NCBI GenBank assembly: GCA_964614665.1
Contig: CAZTLZ010000001.1
Coordinates: 563 to 64,562 of the forward strand
Length of the DNA stretch: 64,000 nucleotides
Origin: an uncultured Maribacter sp.
Lineage (GTDB): Bacteria; Bacteroidota; Bacteroidia; Flavobacteriales; Flavobacteriaceae
Direction: 5' to 3'
Positions 28,511 to 38,341 of this stretch are shown here, in pieces; the first letter of the stretch is position 1, and each line of letters starts with the position of its first letter. The notes beneath the pieces were generated by a model. That model was not told the origin of the DNA. It was given only the letters and a program-made list of their open reading frames with translations, and did no database searches. A program made the position numbers and the translations under genes.

Positions 28511-29782
28511 ATGAAAATACTTACTTACCTGTTCGTGCTTTTTATTTGCTTGCCAATTTCAGGACAAAATAATGACATTCTTGAAGAAACGGCTCCTGAA
28601 AGTGTTGGCATGTCGAATAATCGACTAAACAAAATCGACGCTATGTTACAGTCAGCTGTTAAAGATAATCAAGTTCCAGGTGTTGTTGCTTTGATTGCCC
28701 GAAACGGAAAAATAGTATATCACATGGCTCATGGTGCTGCCAATGAAAAAGGAGATCAACTCGACAAGAATGCTATTTTTAGAATTGCCTCTCAGACAAA
28801 GGCGATAACCTCCACGGCTGTTATGATACTTTGGGAGGAAGGTAAATTTCGTTTGGATGACCCAATTTCTCAATTCATTCCGGAATTCGGAGAGGCCCAA
28901 ATTCTGGATACGTTCAATGAAAACGATTCAACCTACACGACAAAGCCGGCAGAGGACCAAATCACTATAAGAGACTTAATAACACACACTTCAGGTATTG
29001 GATACGGAGTCATTGATGGCGACGACCGCTTTAAAAAAATATATGCCAAGGCCGGAATTACAGATCTTTTTACCACGGAAAATATTCCGATAGAAGAAAG
29101 TGTAAAAAAATTGGCAAAGTTACCGCTACATCATAATCCTGGGGATAAATTTACCTACAGTGAGGGGCTTGACGTGTTGGGCTATTTCATTGAGGTAGTT
29201 TCCGGAATGCCCTTTGACGAATTTCTTCGTAAGCGTATTTTTGACCCATTGGGCATGAACGATACCTGGTTCTATCTTCCAAAGGAAAAACACAATCGCT
29301 TAGTGGCCGTACAACATAAAAAGGACGGGCAATGGAAAAATTACCCTGTCACCTTTTATGACACCGAATATCCGAAGAAAGGCGCCAAACGCTTTTTCTC
29401 AGGTGGTGCGGGCTTATCAAGTACCGCAAAAGATTATGCGACTTTTCTTCAAATGTACCTCAACAACGGAAAGTTAAATGGAAATCGCATTCTTAGCAGA
29501 ACAACGGTACAAAGTATCATGGGCAATCAAACCGGTGACAAATTCGGTGAAGGCAGAAAACATTACGGATTGGCCTTTGGTGTGGTTACAAACGAGGGAC
29601 AAGATGCTGGAGGTGAAGGTGGTGTTGGCACTTTCGACTGGGGAGGTTATTTTAACACACAGTATTATGCTGATCCGAAAGAAAAAATAATCGGAGTTCT
29701 CATGAAACAAACACAAGGAAATACGGGAGATCAAACCCGTTGGAAGTTTCGGCAAATGGTTTTTGCTGCTGTTGAGGATTAA
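28511..29782 (+). CDS. Serine hydrolase (beta-lactamase class C-like family), exported
   Basis: Signal peptide, IASQTK (SxxK), THTSG, NPGDKFTYS, FDWGGYFNT. Confidence 0.85.
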   Translation: MKILTYLFVLFICLPISGQNNDILEETAPESVGMSNNRLNKIDAMLQSAVKDNQVPGVVALIARNGKIVYHMAHGAANEKGDQLDKNAIFRIASQTKAITSTAVMILWEEGKFRLDDPISQFIPEFGEAQILDTFNENDSTYTTKPAEDQITIRDLITHTSGIGYGVIDGDDRFKKIYAKAGITDLFTTENIPIEESVKKLAKLPLHHNPGDKFTYSEGLDVLGYFIEVVSGMPFDEFLRKRIFDPLGMNDTWFYLPKEKHNRLVAVQHKKDGQWKNYPVTFYDTEYPKKGAKRFFSGGAGLSSTAKDYATFLQMYLNNGKLNGNRILSRTTVQSIMGNQTGDKFGEGRKHYGLAFGVVTNEGQDAGGEGGVGTFDWGGYFNTQYYADPKEKIIGVLMKQTQGNTGDQTRWKFRQMVFAAVED

Positions 29783-29853
29783 TTTTAGGTACATGCTGTT
29801 AACTAAGTTCGGAAAAGAACATAAATTGAAAATATAACCTTAATATTAAAAAA

Positions 29854-30459
29854 ATGAAAAAGTTTTTTACACTGATTTTAGCAATTACCTGCACATCCAT
29901 TTATGCTCAAAAAATAAAGATAGAGCAAGGTGACTTTGATTTTATAGCTGGTCAAAAGGAAGTCAATGTCGAATTTGACTATAGCGGCATGAAATTGATG
30001 AAAGAAAATTTTACCAATGAGGAATATGTGGCCAAACGTTCTGGTGATTTAGAAAAAAAGGCGAGAGGAAAAGGAAAAACATGGGAAAAGGCATGGAATT
30101 CAAGTAGAGAATTAATTTGGAATCCTAAATTTCTTGAGCTCATGAACAAATATCTTGGGAAAGATAAGGACATGTATTTTGCAGAAGACCTCTCCGACAC
30201 AAAATATACATTAATTGTAGAAACGGCTTGGCTATATCCGGGGTGGGATGCTGGCATTATGAAGCAACCCGCTAAGGTAACTACCAACCTGAAATTCGTA
30301 GAAACTGCCAATAAAGAAAAAATCTTGTTGGAAGTGAGCTCTAAGAACGCCCCAGGTGATCAGTGGGGCAACAATTACAGCAATGAAAGTAGAGTTGGTG
30401 AAGGCTATGCAAAAACCGGTAAGTCCTTTGCCAAATTGATTTTAAAGAAGGCCTTCTGA
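29854..30459 (+). CDS. Exported hypothetical protein (paralog 1)
   Basis: 201-aa ORF with signal peptide; shares motifs with 30547..31152. Confidence 0.8.
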   Translation: MKKFFTLILAITCTSIYAQKIKIEQGDFDFIAGQKEVNVEFDYSGMKLMKENFTNEEYVAKRSGDLEKKARGKGKTWEKAWNSSRELIWNPKFLELMNKYLGKDKDMYFAEDLSDTKYTLIVETAWLYPGWDAGIMKQPAKVTTNLKFVETANKEKILLEVSSKNAPGDQWGNNYSNESRVGEGYAKTGKSFAKLILKKAF

Positions 30460-30484
30460 ATTGGGTTTTTTTCGTTCAAAAATT

Positions 30485-30530
30485 TGTGAAAAACGATTGA
30501 CAATTGTCGATCGTTTTTTTTATTTTCACA
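30485..30530 (+). terminator. Hairpin/terminator between the paralogs
   Basis: AAAAACGATTGAC-aatt-GTCGATCGTTTTT stem with T run; outer TGTGAAAA/TTTTCACA arms. Confidence 0.7.
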
Positions 30531-30546
30531 GACTGTTTAAATTCCA

Positions 30547-31152
30547 ATGACCAAACTACCGACATACCTTTTGTTTTTTTTATGTGGCTTTTTTCTGCAA
30601 GCGCAACATTTCGAGGTAGTTTCTGGAGCTATAGAAAATATTTCAGGGGTTCAACGATACAACTTGGTTTTCGACTATGCTTCGGACCTCCAAGTTTCAC
30701 GTAGTGAATCAGAGCAGTCGTTTCTTCAAAAACAATATGAAAAACGTGAGCAAAAGGAAAATGGATCGGGAGAACTGTTCAAAAAACTATGGTTTGAAAA
30801 CAGGTCCAAGCTATATGAGCCTACATTCATTCAGCGATTCAATAATTTTAGAGTGGACAATCGCCAAGTCACGGTAGCCAAGAATATTACCAGTACAGGG
30901 TACACTATGACAGTACAGACAATTTCCATAGCGGGCGGATATGATGATTTCTTCTATGTTGAAGAAGGCGAAATTGGTGTTCTTATTTCCATTTATGAGA
31001 CGGAAGCTCCTGAAAATATTTTATACGCGGTCAAAACCGACGTTCGAGGAATTGCTAATGCTGACGAATTTGAAAGAATACGAACCGCTTACGGAAATCT
31101 TGGTGAAGCCGCTTCAAAACATTTTAGCAGAAAAGCGTTATTGAAGAAATAA
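30547..31152 (+). CDS. Exported hypothetical protein (paralog 2)
   Basis: 201-aa ORF with signal peptide; aligns by eye with 29854..30459. Confidence 0.8.
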   Translation: MTKLPTYLLFFLCGFFLQAQHFEVVSGAIENISGVQRYNLVFDYASDLQVSRSESEQSFLQKQYEKREQKENGSGELFKKLWFENRSKLYEPTFIQRFNNFRVDNRQVTVAKNITSTGYTMTVQTISIAGGYDDFFYVEEGEIGVLISIYETEAPENILYAVKTDVRGIANADEFERIRTAYGNLGEAASKHFSRKALLKK

Positions 31153-31162
31153 TCGCCTACTT

Positions 31163-32407
31163 CTAACCTACCGTTTCATTCTCTATATCGGTCAAATGGG
31201 CCAAGGCCTTAACCAACCGATGGTGGTTCTTCACAAATGGATTGCTTTGATCCCAAACATAACCTGCCAGAACTGCACATATTTGGCTCTTGATTTCCGC
31301 ATTTTGGGTTTTGCTGAAAAATATCTTTTGAAGGTTACCCGTATACCATTCCTTCACATAGGTCGAAAAAACGGTAACGCCATCCAAAATGTATTGTTTG
31401 TAATCTTCTTCCCAATCTACTTTTCTATTTTGAAACTCTCTGTCAATAAGTTTTGCTGCTAAGTACGCCGATTCAGTTGCAAAAGTGACGCCCGACGAAA
31501 AAACAGGGTCTAAGAACTCCGCACTATTTCCTGTAAGTACAAATCCTTTTCCGTAAAGTTTTTTAACTGACTTGGCAATATTCTTAATCATTCTAGGCTC
31601 GAATTCATAGGGTAAATCTTTGAACCGATCTATATAATAATCGGAAAGTTGCATCATTTTTCGAAGTCGTTCTTCATTAGTACCTTCAAAAGACTCCAGA
31701 TATTCTGTTGGGCCAACATAACCAATACTTGTAAAGCCATTTGAAAAAGGAATAACCCATAACCAAGTTGACGTGCTGACAATATCAAATGTGATTCGAT
31801 GACCATCCCAACCATCCGGTCTTCTAACATCTTTTACATGGGTAAATATGGACGAGTGTTTCGGAATCTCAGAAGGCTTATCCAAATCAAGTAATCTTGG
31901 AAGTACTCTGCCAAATCCACTTGAATCGATGATATACTTAGCAGTTACTCCACTTAGTTCTCCCAGTGAATTTTTTATAGTTGTCAATGATGTTCCACTT
32001 TCAGAGAATTCAACCGCAACTACTTCCTTTTCAAAATCGACATCAACACCTCTTAGCTCTAGTTCATCGGTCAAAGTTTTGTCGAAATCGGCCCTTGGCA
32101 CCTGCCAAGTCCAATTCCATCCGTCCGTGTACTTTTTACTGAAATCAAATTCACAGACCACATCACCCTGCATGAAACGCGCCCCTTCCTTAACCTCGAA
32201 ACCCTTTTTTTTAAGACAATCAACAAGGCCGACCGCTTCAAAATGTTCCATACATCTGGGTATGAGACTTTCGCCAATAACAAATCTTGGAAATTTATTT
32301 TTTTCGACAACCTTGATAGAATATCCCTTTTCATGTAGATATGCTGCGGCAACACTTCCCGAAGGGCCCGCACCAATTATGAGAACATCAACATTTTCAT
32401 TATTCAT
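31163..32407 (-). CDS. Flavin-dependent oxidoreductase, halogenase-like, flanking the flexirubin cluster
   Basis: GAGPSG FAD motif, FPRFVIGES, GFEVKEG (conserved Lys position), WLWVIP (WxWxIP), DPVFSSG. Confidence 0.85.
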   Translation of the reverse strand: MNNENVDVLIIGAGPSGSVAAAYLHEKGYSIKVVEKNKFPRFVIGESLIPRCMEHFEAVGLVDCLKKKGFEVKEGARFMQGDVVCEFDFSKKYTDGWNWTWQVPRADFDKTLTDELELRGVDVDFEKEVVAVEFSESGTSLTTIKNSLGELSGVTAKYIIDSSGFGRVLPRLLDLDKPSEIPKHSSIFTHVKDVRRPDGWDGHRITFDIVSTSTWLWVIPFSNGFTSIGYVGPTEYLESFEGTNEERLRKMMQLSDYYIDRFKDLPYEFEPRMIKNIAKSVKKLYGKGFVLTGNSAEFLDPVFSSGVTFATESAYLAAKLIDREFQNRKVDWEEDYKQYILDGVTVFSTYVKEWYTGNLQKIFFSKTQNAEIKSQICAVLAGYVWDQSNPFVKNHHRLVKALAHLTDIENETVG

Positions 32408-32440
32408 AACTGAAATCAAATATTGAATCGCTAATTATTA

Positions 32441-32448
32441 TAAATTTG
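32441..32448 (+). promoter_or_regulatory. Bacteroidota -7 promoter element for the flexirubin operon
   Basis: TAAATTTG matches TAnnTTTG, 60 nt upstream of the TAL start. Confidence 0.55.
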
Positions 32449-32508
32449 CAAACCGAATTACCTATTTTAGTTAAAAGTATTACTTATAGCCCATAGAACC
32501 AACCCTAG

Positions 32509-34044
32509 ATGCCAGAATTAAAAGGAAAGTTAGGAATAGCGGATTTTTACAGTATCATTTTTGAAGATGAACCAATATCAGTTGACAAGGCCGTCTATAA
32601 TACAGTTGAGGAGAGTTTTAAATTTCTAAAAGAATTTTCAAAAAACAAGGTCATTTATGGTGTCAATACGGGTTTTGGACCGATGGCCCAATACAAGATT
32701 AAAGACTCTGAAACCATTCAACTACAATACAATCTTATTCGCAGTCATGCCTCTGGTTCAGGAAATCCGATTCCCCCAAAATATGTAAGGGCAGCCATGT
32801 TGGCGCGCTTGAACACGTTGAGTTTGGGCAATTCAGGGGTGCATAGGTCGGTCATTGAGGTAATGACCTCCTTGATAAATAAAAACATCACCCCTTTGAT
32901 TTATGAGCATGGCGGGGTAGGCGCTAGTGGTGATTTGGTTCAGTTGGCGCACTTGGCATTGGTGCTCATTGGTGAAGGTGAGGTTTTTTATAACGGAAAA
33001 CGTCAACCTACAAAAGATGTTTTTGAGTTAGAAGGCATACAACCTATTGCTGTTGAATTACGAGAAGGCCTCGCATTGATTAACGGCACATCGGTCATGA
33101 CCGGTATTGGAGTGGTAAATACAATTTATACAAGAAGATTGTTAGAATGGATGATTGCTTGTTCTTCAGCCATTAACGAAATAGTAGAAGCCTATGACGA
33201 CCACTTATCATTTGAGCTTAACCTAACAAAAAAACACCAAGGGCAACGTGAAATTGCCCGCTCGATGCGCAGTCATCTTAGAGACAGTAGCTTGACCAGA
33301 AAACGCGCACATCATCTCTACACCGACAACAAGGATGTAGAGGTTTTTGAAGAAAAGGTACAGGAATATTATTCGCTACGCTGTGTGCCTCAAATTCTAG
33401 GGCCCATTTTAGATACTTTAAATGATGTTGAGCGTATACTTATCGAGGAAGTGAATTCTGCAAACGACAACCCCATTGTTGACGTAAAAAAGAAGCATGT
33501 TTACCATGGTGGCAACTTTCACGGGGACTATGTCTCACTGGAAATGGACAAGCTTAAAATCGTTGTCACCAAAATGAGTATGTTAGCCGAGAGACAACTG
33601 AATTATTTAATGAATTCAAAATTAAACGATATTCTTCCGCCTTTCGTAAATTTGGGTACCTTGGGCTTGAATTTCGGTATGCAGGGCGTTCAGTTCACAG
33701 CGACCTCCACGACAGCGGAAAATCAGATGTTATCGAATCCGATGTACGTACATAGCATCCCCAACAATAATGACAATCAAGATATTGTAAGTATGGGTAC
33801 CAATGCCGCCCTGATTACTAAAAAAGTCATTGAAAATGCCTTTGAGGTAATGGCCATTGAAATGATTACCATTGTTCAAGCCATTGAATATCTTGGAATG
33901 AAGGACAAAGTGTCTTCAAAAACAAAAAAAATGTACGATGAGGTACGTAAAATAGTTCCCCCATTCAAAGAGGATCCAGTGATGTATCCATTTGTAAATG
34001 AAGTAAAGAACTATATTATTAACCATCAAAATAAAAAATCATGA
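32509..34044 (+). CDS. Tyrosine ammonia-lyase (HAL/PAL/TAL family), flexirubin starter-unit supply
   Basis: MIO-forming GASGD; YGVNTGFG..QLQYNLIRSH closely resembles Flavobacterium johnsoniae TAL as recalled; heads the PKS cluster. Confidence 0.9.
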   Translation: MPELKGKLGIADFYSIIFEDEPISVDKAVYNTVEESFKFLKEFSKNKVIYGVNTGFGPMAQYKIKDSETIQLQYNLIRSHASGSGNPIPPKYVRAAMLARLNTLSLGNSGVHRSVIEVMTSLINKNITPLIYEHGGVGASGDLVQLAHLALVLIGEGEVFYNGKRQPTKDVFELEGIQPIAVELREGLALINGTSVMTGIGVVNTIYTRRLLEWMIACSSAINEIVEAYDDHLSFELNLTKKHQGQREIARSMRSHLRDSSLTRKRAHHLYTDNKDVEVFEEKVQEYYSLRCVPQILGPILDTLNDVERILIEEVNSANDNPIVDVKKKHVYHGGNFHGDYVSLEMDKLKIVVTKMSMLAERQLNYLMNSKLNDILPPFVNLGTLGLNFGMQGVQFTATSTTAENQMLSNPMYVHSIPNNNDNQDIVSMGTNAALITKKVIENAFEVMAIEMITIVQAIEYLGMKDKVSSKTKKMYDEVRKIVPPFKEDPVMYPFVNEVKNYIINHQNKKS

Positions 34045-35168
34045 GAAGATTGTTCATATCATTTCTGGTAGTGTTTTTAGTCACTTTTTCAGCTATGGCC
34101 CAAGAACTGGCTTTGGTTAGGGAAGACGGAAAGTTCGGTTATATCAACAAAAGTGGAACTTATGTCATCGAGCCTCAATTTTCGAAAGCAAAAAGTTTTT
34201 CAGAAGGGTTGGCCGCAGTTGAGCAGGATAAAAAATGGGGTTTTATCGACACTTCGGGTAAATGGGCCGTACAGCCCGATTACGACAAAGTAAAATACTT
34301 TAATTCGGGATATGCCCTTGTCCTTAAAGATGATCAATGGAGCTATATTGATGGTTCTGGGAAAACTCTTGAAGTTCCGGCATCCGAAAAATATTTTGAT
34401 TTTAACGATGGGGTGGCATTCATTCGTCAAGGCGAGAAGATAGGATTGATAGGCTCTGACGGAAAGGTTATTTTAAAACCTACCTATAAAGACATCAAAA
34501 AATTCAGAAACGGTCATGCCAAAGTTGTCCAAAACAACCTTTGGGGCATGATAGACAAATCAGGAAAAGTTATCATACCTGTTGAATACGAGGAAATTGG
34601 AAATACGTACAACGCGTCGGGTGTTTTTGGAAAAAAAGGAGGTGTTTTTGGTATTGTTCATAATGGAACTTTCAATCCAATAGATGGCGCCGACAAGGTT
34701 TGGAATTTCAATGGTGACTCTGGATTGACCTATGCCAGAAAGAATAAAAAAACCGGATTCGTCAATTCCAAAGGTGAATGGGTGATTGAGCCTAAATTCG
34801 ACAAGGCAAGGGCATTTTCAAAAGGCATGGCACCAGTGGCCAATGGAAAAACCTGGGGTTTTATTAACGCAAAAGGAGAGACCGTAATCGATTTTCAATA
34901 TCGTGATGCTGAGGTTTTTGCTGATAATGGTCTGGCTCCCGTCAAAGAAAAACAATGGGGTTTTATAGATACATCAGGTAATTTGATAATTCCAATGGAA
35001 TATGATATTACTGCCGGACTTGCTTTTATAGCAGGTAATAATGACAAGGGCTTCGTAGGAGGCATGGCAAGACTCAAATCTAAAAAAGGTTGGGGCTTTT
35101 TTAATGAAAAAGGAGAACTTTTAGGTAACAAATGGTTTCAGAACGCGGAGCCGTTTGTGAAGAACTAA
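34041..35168 (+). CDS. Exported WG (KWG) repeat protein
   Basis: Signal peptide; repeated F..G.A.V....KWG.ID.SG..I...Y units; ATGA overlap with TAL. Confidence 0.88.
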   Translation: MRRLFISFLVVFLVTFSAMAQELALVREDGKFGYINKSGTYVIEPQFSKAKSFSEGLAAVEQDKKWGFIDTSGKWAVQPDYDKVKYFNSGYALVLKDDQWSYIDGSGKTLEVPASEKYFDFNDGVAFIRQGEKIGLIGSDGKVILKPTYKDIKKFRNGHAKVVQNNLWGMIDKSGKVIIPVEYEEIGNTYNASGVFGKKGGVFGIVHNGTFNPIDGADKVWNFNGDSGLTYARKNKKTGFVNSKGEWVIEPKFDKARAFSKGMAPVANGKTWGFINAKGETVIDFQYRDAEVFADNGLAPVKEKQWGFIDTSGNLIIPMEYDITAGLAFIAGNNDKGFVGGMARLKSKKGWGFFNEKGELLGNKWFQNAEPFVKN

Positions 35169-35190
35169 ATTTCTTCAATACCAAATCTAC

Positions 35191-35943
35191 ATGGCAGAGA
35201 CCAAAGAAATTAAAAAGTGTGCACTCATTACAGGAGGTTCAAGAGGCATAGGCAGGGCAGTATGTATTCAGTTGGCGATAGACCACAACTACCACCTTCT
35301 TATCAATTACAATAATAATAAGGATGCGGCTTTAGAAACTTTGAAACATGTTGTGGAAGCTGGTGGGTCTGCAGAAATCATTCAATTCAATGTGACGGAT
35401 GCGGAAGCGGTGAAATCGACTCTTACTGAATGGGAAGAAGATAATCCTGATGCTATTGTAGAAGTCATTGTGAACAACGCCGGTATTACAAAAGACGGAC
35501 TTTTCATGTGGATGAAACCGGAAGATTGGTCCGATGTCATCAATACCAGCCTTAACGGGTTCTTTAATGTCACCAATCACTTCATTCAAAAACTTTTAGT
35601 CAATAAATATGGCCGTATCGTTAACATGGTATCCGTTTCAGGCTTAAAGGGTACTCCTGGTCAAACTAATTATTCTGCGGCAAAAGGAGCAGTCATTGCA
35701 GCGACCAAAGCCTTAGCACAAGAAGTTGCAAAAAGAAATGTTACGGTCAATGCAGTTGCACCTGGGTTTATAAAAACAGATATGACCAGCGAACTTGATG
35801 AAAAAGAATTGAAAAGAATGATTCCGGCAAATAGATTTGGTGAAGCAGAGGAAGTGGCTCATGTAGTTTCCTTTTTAGTCTCCAAAAAATCATCTTATAT
35901 TACAGGTGAGACCATTAATATCAACGGGGGTATTTATTCTTAA
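35191..35943 (+). CDS. fabG: 3-oxoacyl-ACP reductase (aryl polyene ketoreductase)
   Basis: TGGSRGIG, NNAGIT, YSAAK, NAVAPGFIKTDM. Confidence 0.92.
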   Translation: MAETKEIKKCALITGGSRGIGRAVCIQLAIDHNYHLLINYNNNKDAALETLKHVVEAGGSAEIIQFNVTDAEAVKSTLTEWEEDNPDAIVEVIVNNAGITKDGLFMWMKPEDWSDVINTSLNGFFNVTNHFIQKLLVNKYGRIVNMVSVSGLKGTPGQTNYSAAKGAVIAATKALAQEVAKRNVTVNAVAPGFIKTDMTSELDEKELKRMIPANRFGEAEEVAHVVSFLVSKKSSYITGETININGGIYS

Positions 35944-35957
35944 ATGACTAAGGAGCA

Positions 35958-37196
35958 ATGAGAAGAGTGGTTATTACAGGAATGGGGATATATTCTTGCA
36001 TAGGTAAAAACCTAGAGGAAGCAAAAAACTCTTTATATAATGGCAAATCGGGTATCGTTTTTGACCAAAACCGAATTAATTTTGGCTATCGCTCCGCATT
36101 TACGGGTATGGTTGAAATGCCTGATTTAAAACCTTTTTTATCTCGAAGACAACGAATAAGTTTAGGCGAAGAGGCCACTTATGCATATAAAGCTACCAAA
36201 GAGGCTCTCGAAAACGCTAAAATCGATCAGAGCTTTCTAGAAACCCACGAAGTCGGAATTATTTATGGGAATGATAGTACTGCTAAATCCACGGTCGAAT
36301 CGGTAGATAAAATTCGAGAGAAGAATGACACTACACTGGTTGGTTCTGGAGCTATTTTCAAAGCCATGAACTCTACAGTAACCATGAACCTGTCCACAAT
36401 TTTTAAGTTGAAAGGGGTTAATTTTACGATCAGTGCCGCGTGTGCAAGCGGGTCTCATTCCATTGGAATGGCCTATCACCTTATTAAAGGTGGATTACAA
36501 GATTGTATTATTGCTGGCGGGGCACAAGAAATCAATGAAATAGCAATGAGCAGTTTTGATGGTCTGGGGGTATTTGCAACCGGCGGTTCCGACCCTTCAA
36601 AGGTATCCCGTCCTTTTGATACTGCTAGAAACGGTTTAGTGCCGAGTGGTGGTGGTGCAACACTTATTCTGGAAAGTTACGAGTCTGCCGTAAATCGTGG
36701 AGCTTCTATTTTGGCAGAAGTTATAGGGTATGGTTTTTCCTCAAACGGGGATCATATTTCAACGCCAAATGTTGATGGTCCGTCGCGGGCTATGCGCCGT
36801 GCGTTGGAAGATGCGGGAATCGCTGCTGAAGCCATCGACTATGTAAATGCACACGCGACTTCGACTCCTGTTGGTGATGCAAATGAAGCCAAAGCGATTT
36901 TTGAAGTATTTGGAAAAACGAATCCGCCAGTAAGCTCAACTAAATCAATGACCGGTCATGAATGTTGGATGGCAGGTGCAAGCGAAGTCATCTATTCCAT
37001 GCTAATGATGCAAAATTCCTTTGTGGCACCTAATATCAATCTCGAAAATCCGGATGAAGATTCTGAAAAGTTAAACCTCATATCCAAAACATTAAATAAA
37101 AAAATTGATGTATTTTTGTCGAATTCATTCGGTTTTGGCGGCACCAATTCCGCTTTAATCGTAAAAAAGTTAGCCAAAGAAAGTGATGATGACTAA
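35958..37196 (+). CDS. Beta-ketoacyl-ACP synthase (FabB/F type)
   Basis: SAACASG, HATSTPVGD and GHE catalytic Cys-His-His; SNSFGFGG. Confidence 0.92.
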   Translation: MRRVVITGMGIYSCIGKNLEEAKNSLYNGKSGIVFDQNRINFGYRSAFTGMVEMPDLKPFLSRRQRISLGEEATYAYKATKEALENAKIDQSFLETHEVGIIYGNDSTAKSTVESVDKIREKNDTTLVGSGAIFKAMNSTVTMNLSTIFKLKGVNFTISAACASGSHSIGMAYHLIKGGLQDCIIAGGAQEINEIAMSSFDGLGVFATGGSDPSKVSRPFDTARNGLVPSGGGATLILESYESAVNRGASILAEVIGYGFSSNGDHISTPNVDGPSRAMRRALEDAGIAAEAIDYVNAHATSTPVGDANEAKAIFEVFGKTNPPVSSTKSMTGHECWMAGASEVIYSMLMMQNSFVAPNINLENPDEDSEKLNLISKTLNKKIDVFLSNSFGFGGTNSALIVKKLAKESDDD

Positions 37197-37431
37197 AGAG
37201 GTTATTATAGAAAAAATCGACGATTTTCTCGTCGATGAATTCGAGGTAGAGGAAGAAACTATAGCTCCAGGAGCAAATCTTAAAGACACACTTGGTCTTG
37301 ATAGCTTAGACTTTGTTGACTTGGTGGTTGCTGTTGAAAGTAATTTTGGTGTCAAATTAGTAGGCGAAGACTTTGTCAATGTAATTACTCTCAAAGATTT
37401 CTATGATCTGATAGAACAAAAATTAAGCTAA
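37183..37431 (+). CDS. Acyl carrier protein
   Basis: LGLDSLD phosphopantetheine attachment site. Confidence 0.92.
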   Translation: MMMTKEVIIEKIDDFLVDEFEVEEETIAPGANLKDTLGLDSLDFVDLVVAVESNFGVKLVGEDFVNVITLKDFYDLIEQKLS

Positions 37432-37453
37432 TTTGCGCCAATAAAATCTGAGA

Positions 37454-38341
37454 ATGGCAGCGGAATGGGAAGGAAAATCAAGAGGTACTCTTTTAGGTTA
37501 TAAAATATATATCTTCTTCCTCAAGACATTTGGTATTTCATCAGCCTATTTTATCCTTCATATAGTAATCTTCTATTACGTCTTGTTCTCGCCAAGAAGC
37601 AATAGGGATACTTACAACTATTTTCGAAAAAGACATGAGTATTCAAGGTGGAAAAGCGTCTTGAGTATATACAAAAGCTACTACACCTTTGGACAAACAT
37701 TGACTGACAAAGTAGCAATATCCACTGGCTTGAGAGACAAGTTTACCTATACACATGATGGCATCGAACATATCGATCATCTATTACAGAAAAATCAAGG
37801 TGGTATTCTAATTAGCGGTCATGTTGGCAATTTTGAGATTTCCCATTATTTCTTGGAAGACCGCTATTCCATTTCTAAAATTAGTATGGTTACAACAATG
37901 GCCGAACATCAGAATATACAAGAATACATGGATCGTATTTCGGTAAAGTCGCATTTGAAATTTATTGTTGTCAAAGAAGACATGTCTCATATTTTCGAAA
38001 TACATAAGGCAATCGATGAAGGTGGATTGGTTGTTTTTACGGGAGATCGCTATATGCCCGGTGGTAAGGTTTTAAAGGAAGTTTTTTTAGGAAAGGAGAC
38101 AAGCTTTCCAATTGGGCCCTATTTATTGGCATCTCGTTTGAATATGCCCGTATTGTTCGTGTATTTTATGAAAGGTCAAAAAAGACATTATGACCTATAT
38201 GCGCGAACGGCCCAATTCAAATCACGTGATGCGCAAGGATTGTTGAAGCAATACACTGAAAGTATGGAGTGGATTTTAAAGAAATACCCGCTACAATGGT
38301 TTAATTATTTCGATTTTTGGGGCGATAGAGAAAACATATGA
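37454..38341 (+). CDS. LpxL/HtrB-like lipid acyltransferase
   Basis: GGILISGHVGNFE (HxxxxE), GDR, PLQWFNYFDFW. Confidence 0.85.
   Translation: MAAEWEGKSRGTLLGYKIYIFFLKTFGISSAYFILHIVIFYYVLFSPRSNRDTYNYFRKRHEYSRWKSVLSIYKSYYTFGQTLTDKVAISTGLRDKFTYTHDGIEHIDHLLQKNQGGILISGHVGNFEISHYFLEDRYSISKISMVTTMAEHQNIQEYMDRISVKSHLKFIVVKEDMSHIFEIHKAIDEGGLVVFTGDRYMPGGKVLKEVFLGKETSFPIGPYLLASRLNMPVLFVYFMKGQKRHYDLYARTAQFKSRDAQGLLKQYTESMEWILKKYPLQWFNYFDFWGDRENI

Noticed and set aside
32509-34044. Histidine ammonia-lyase (hutH)
   Set aside because: No hut genes in the window; the sequence and context match the flexirubin TAL.
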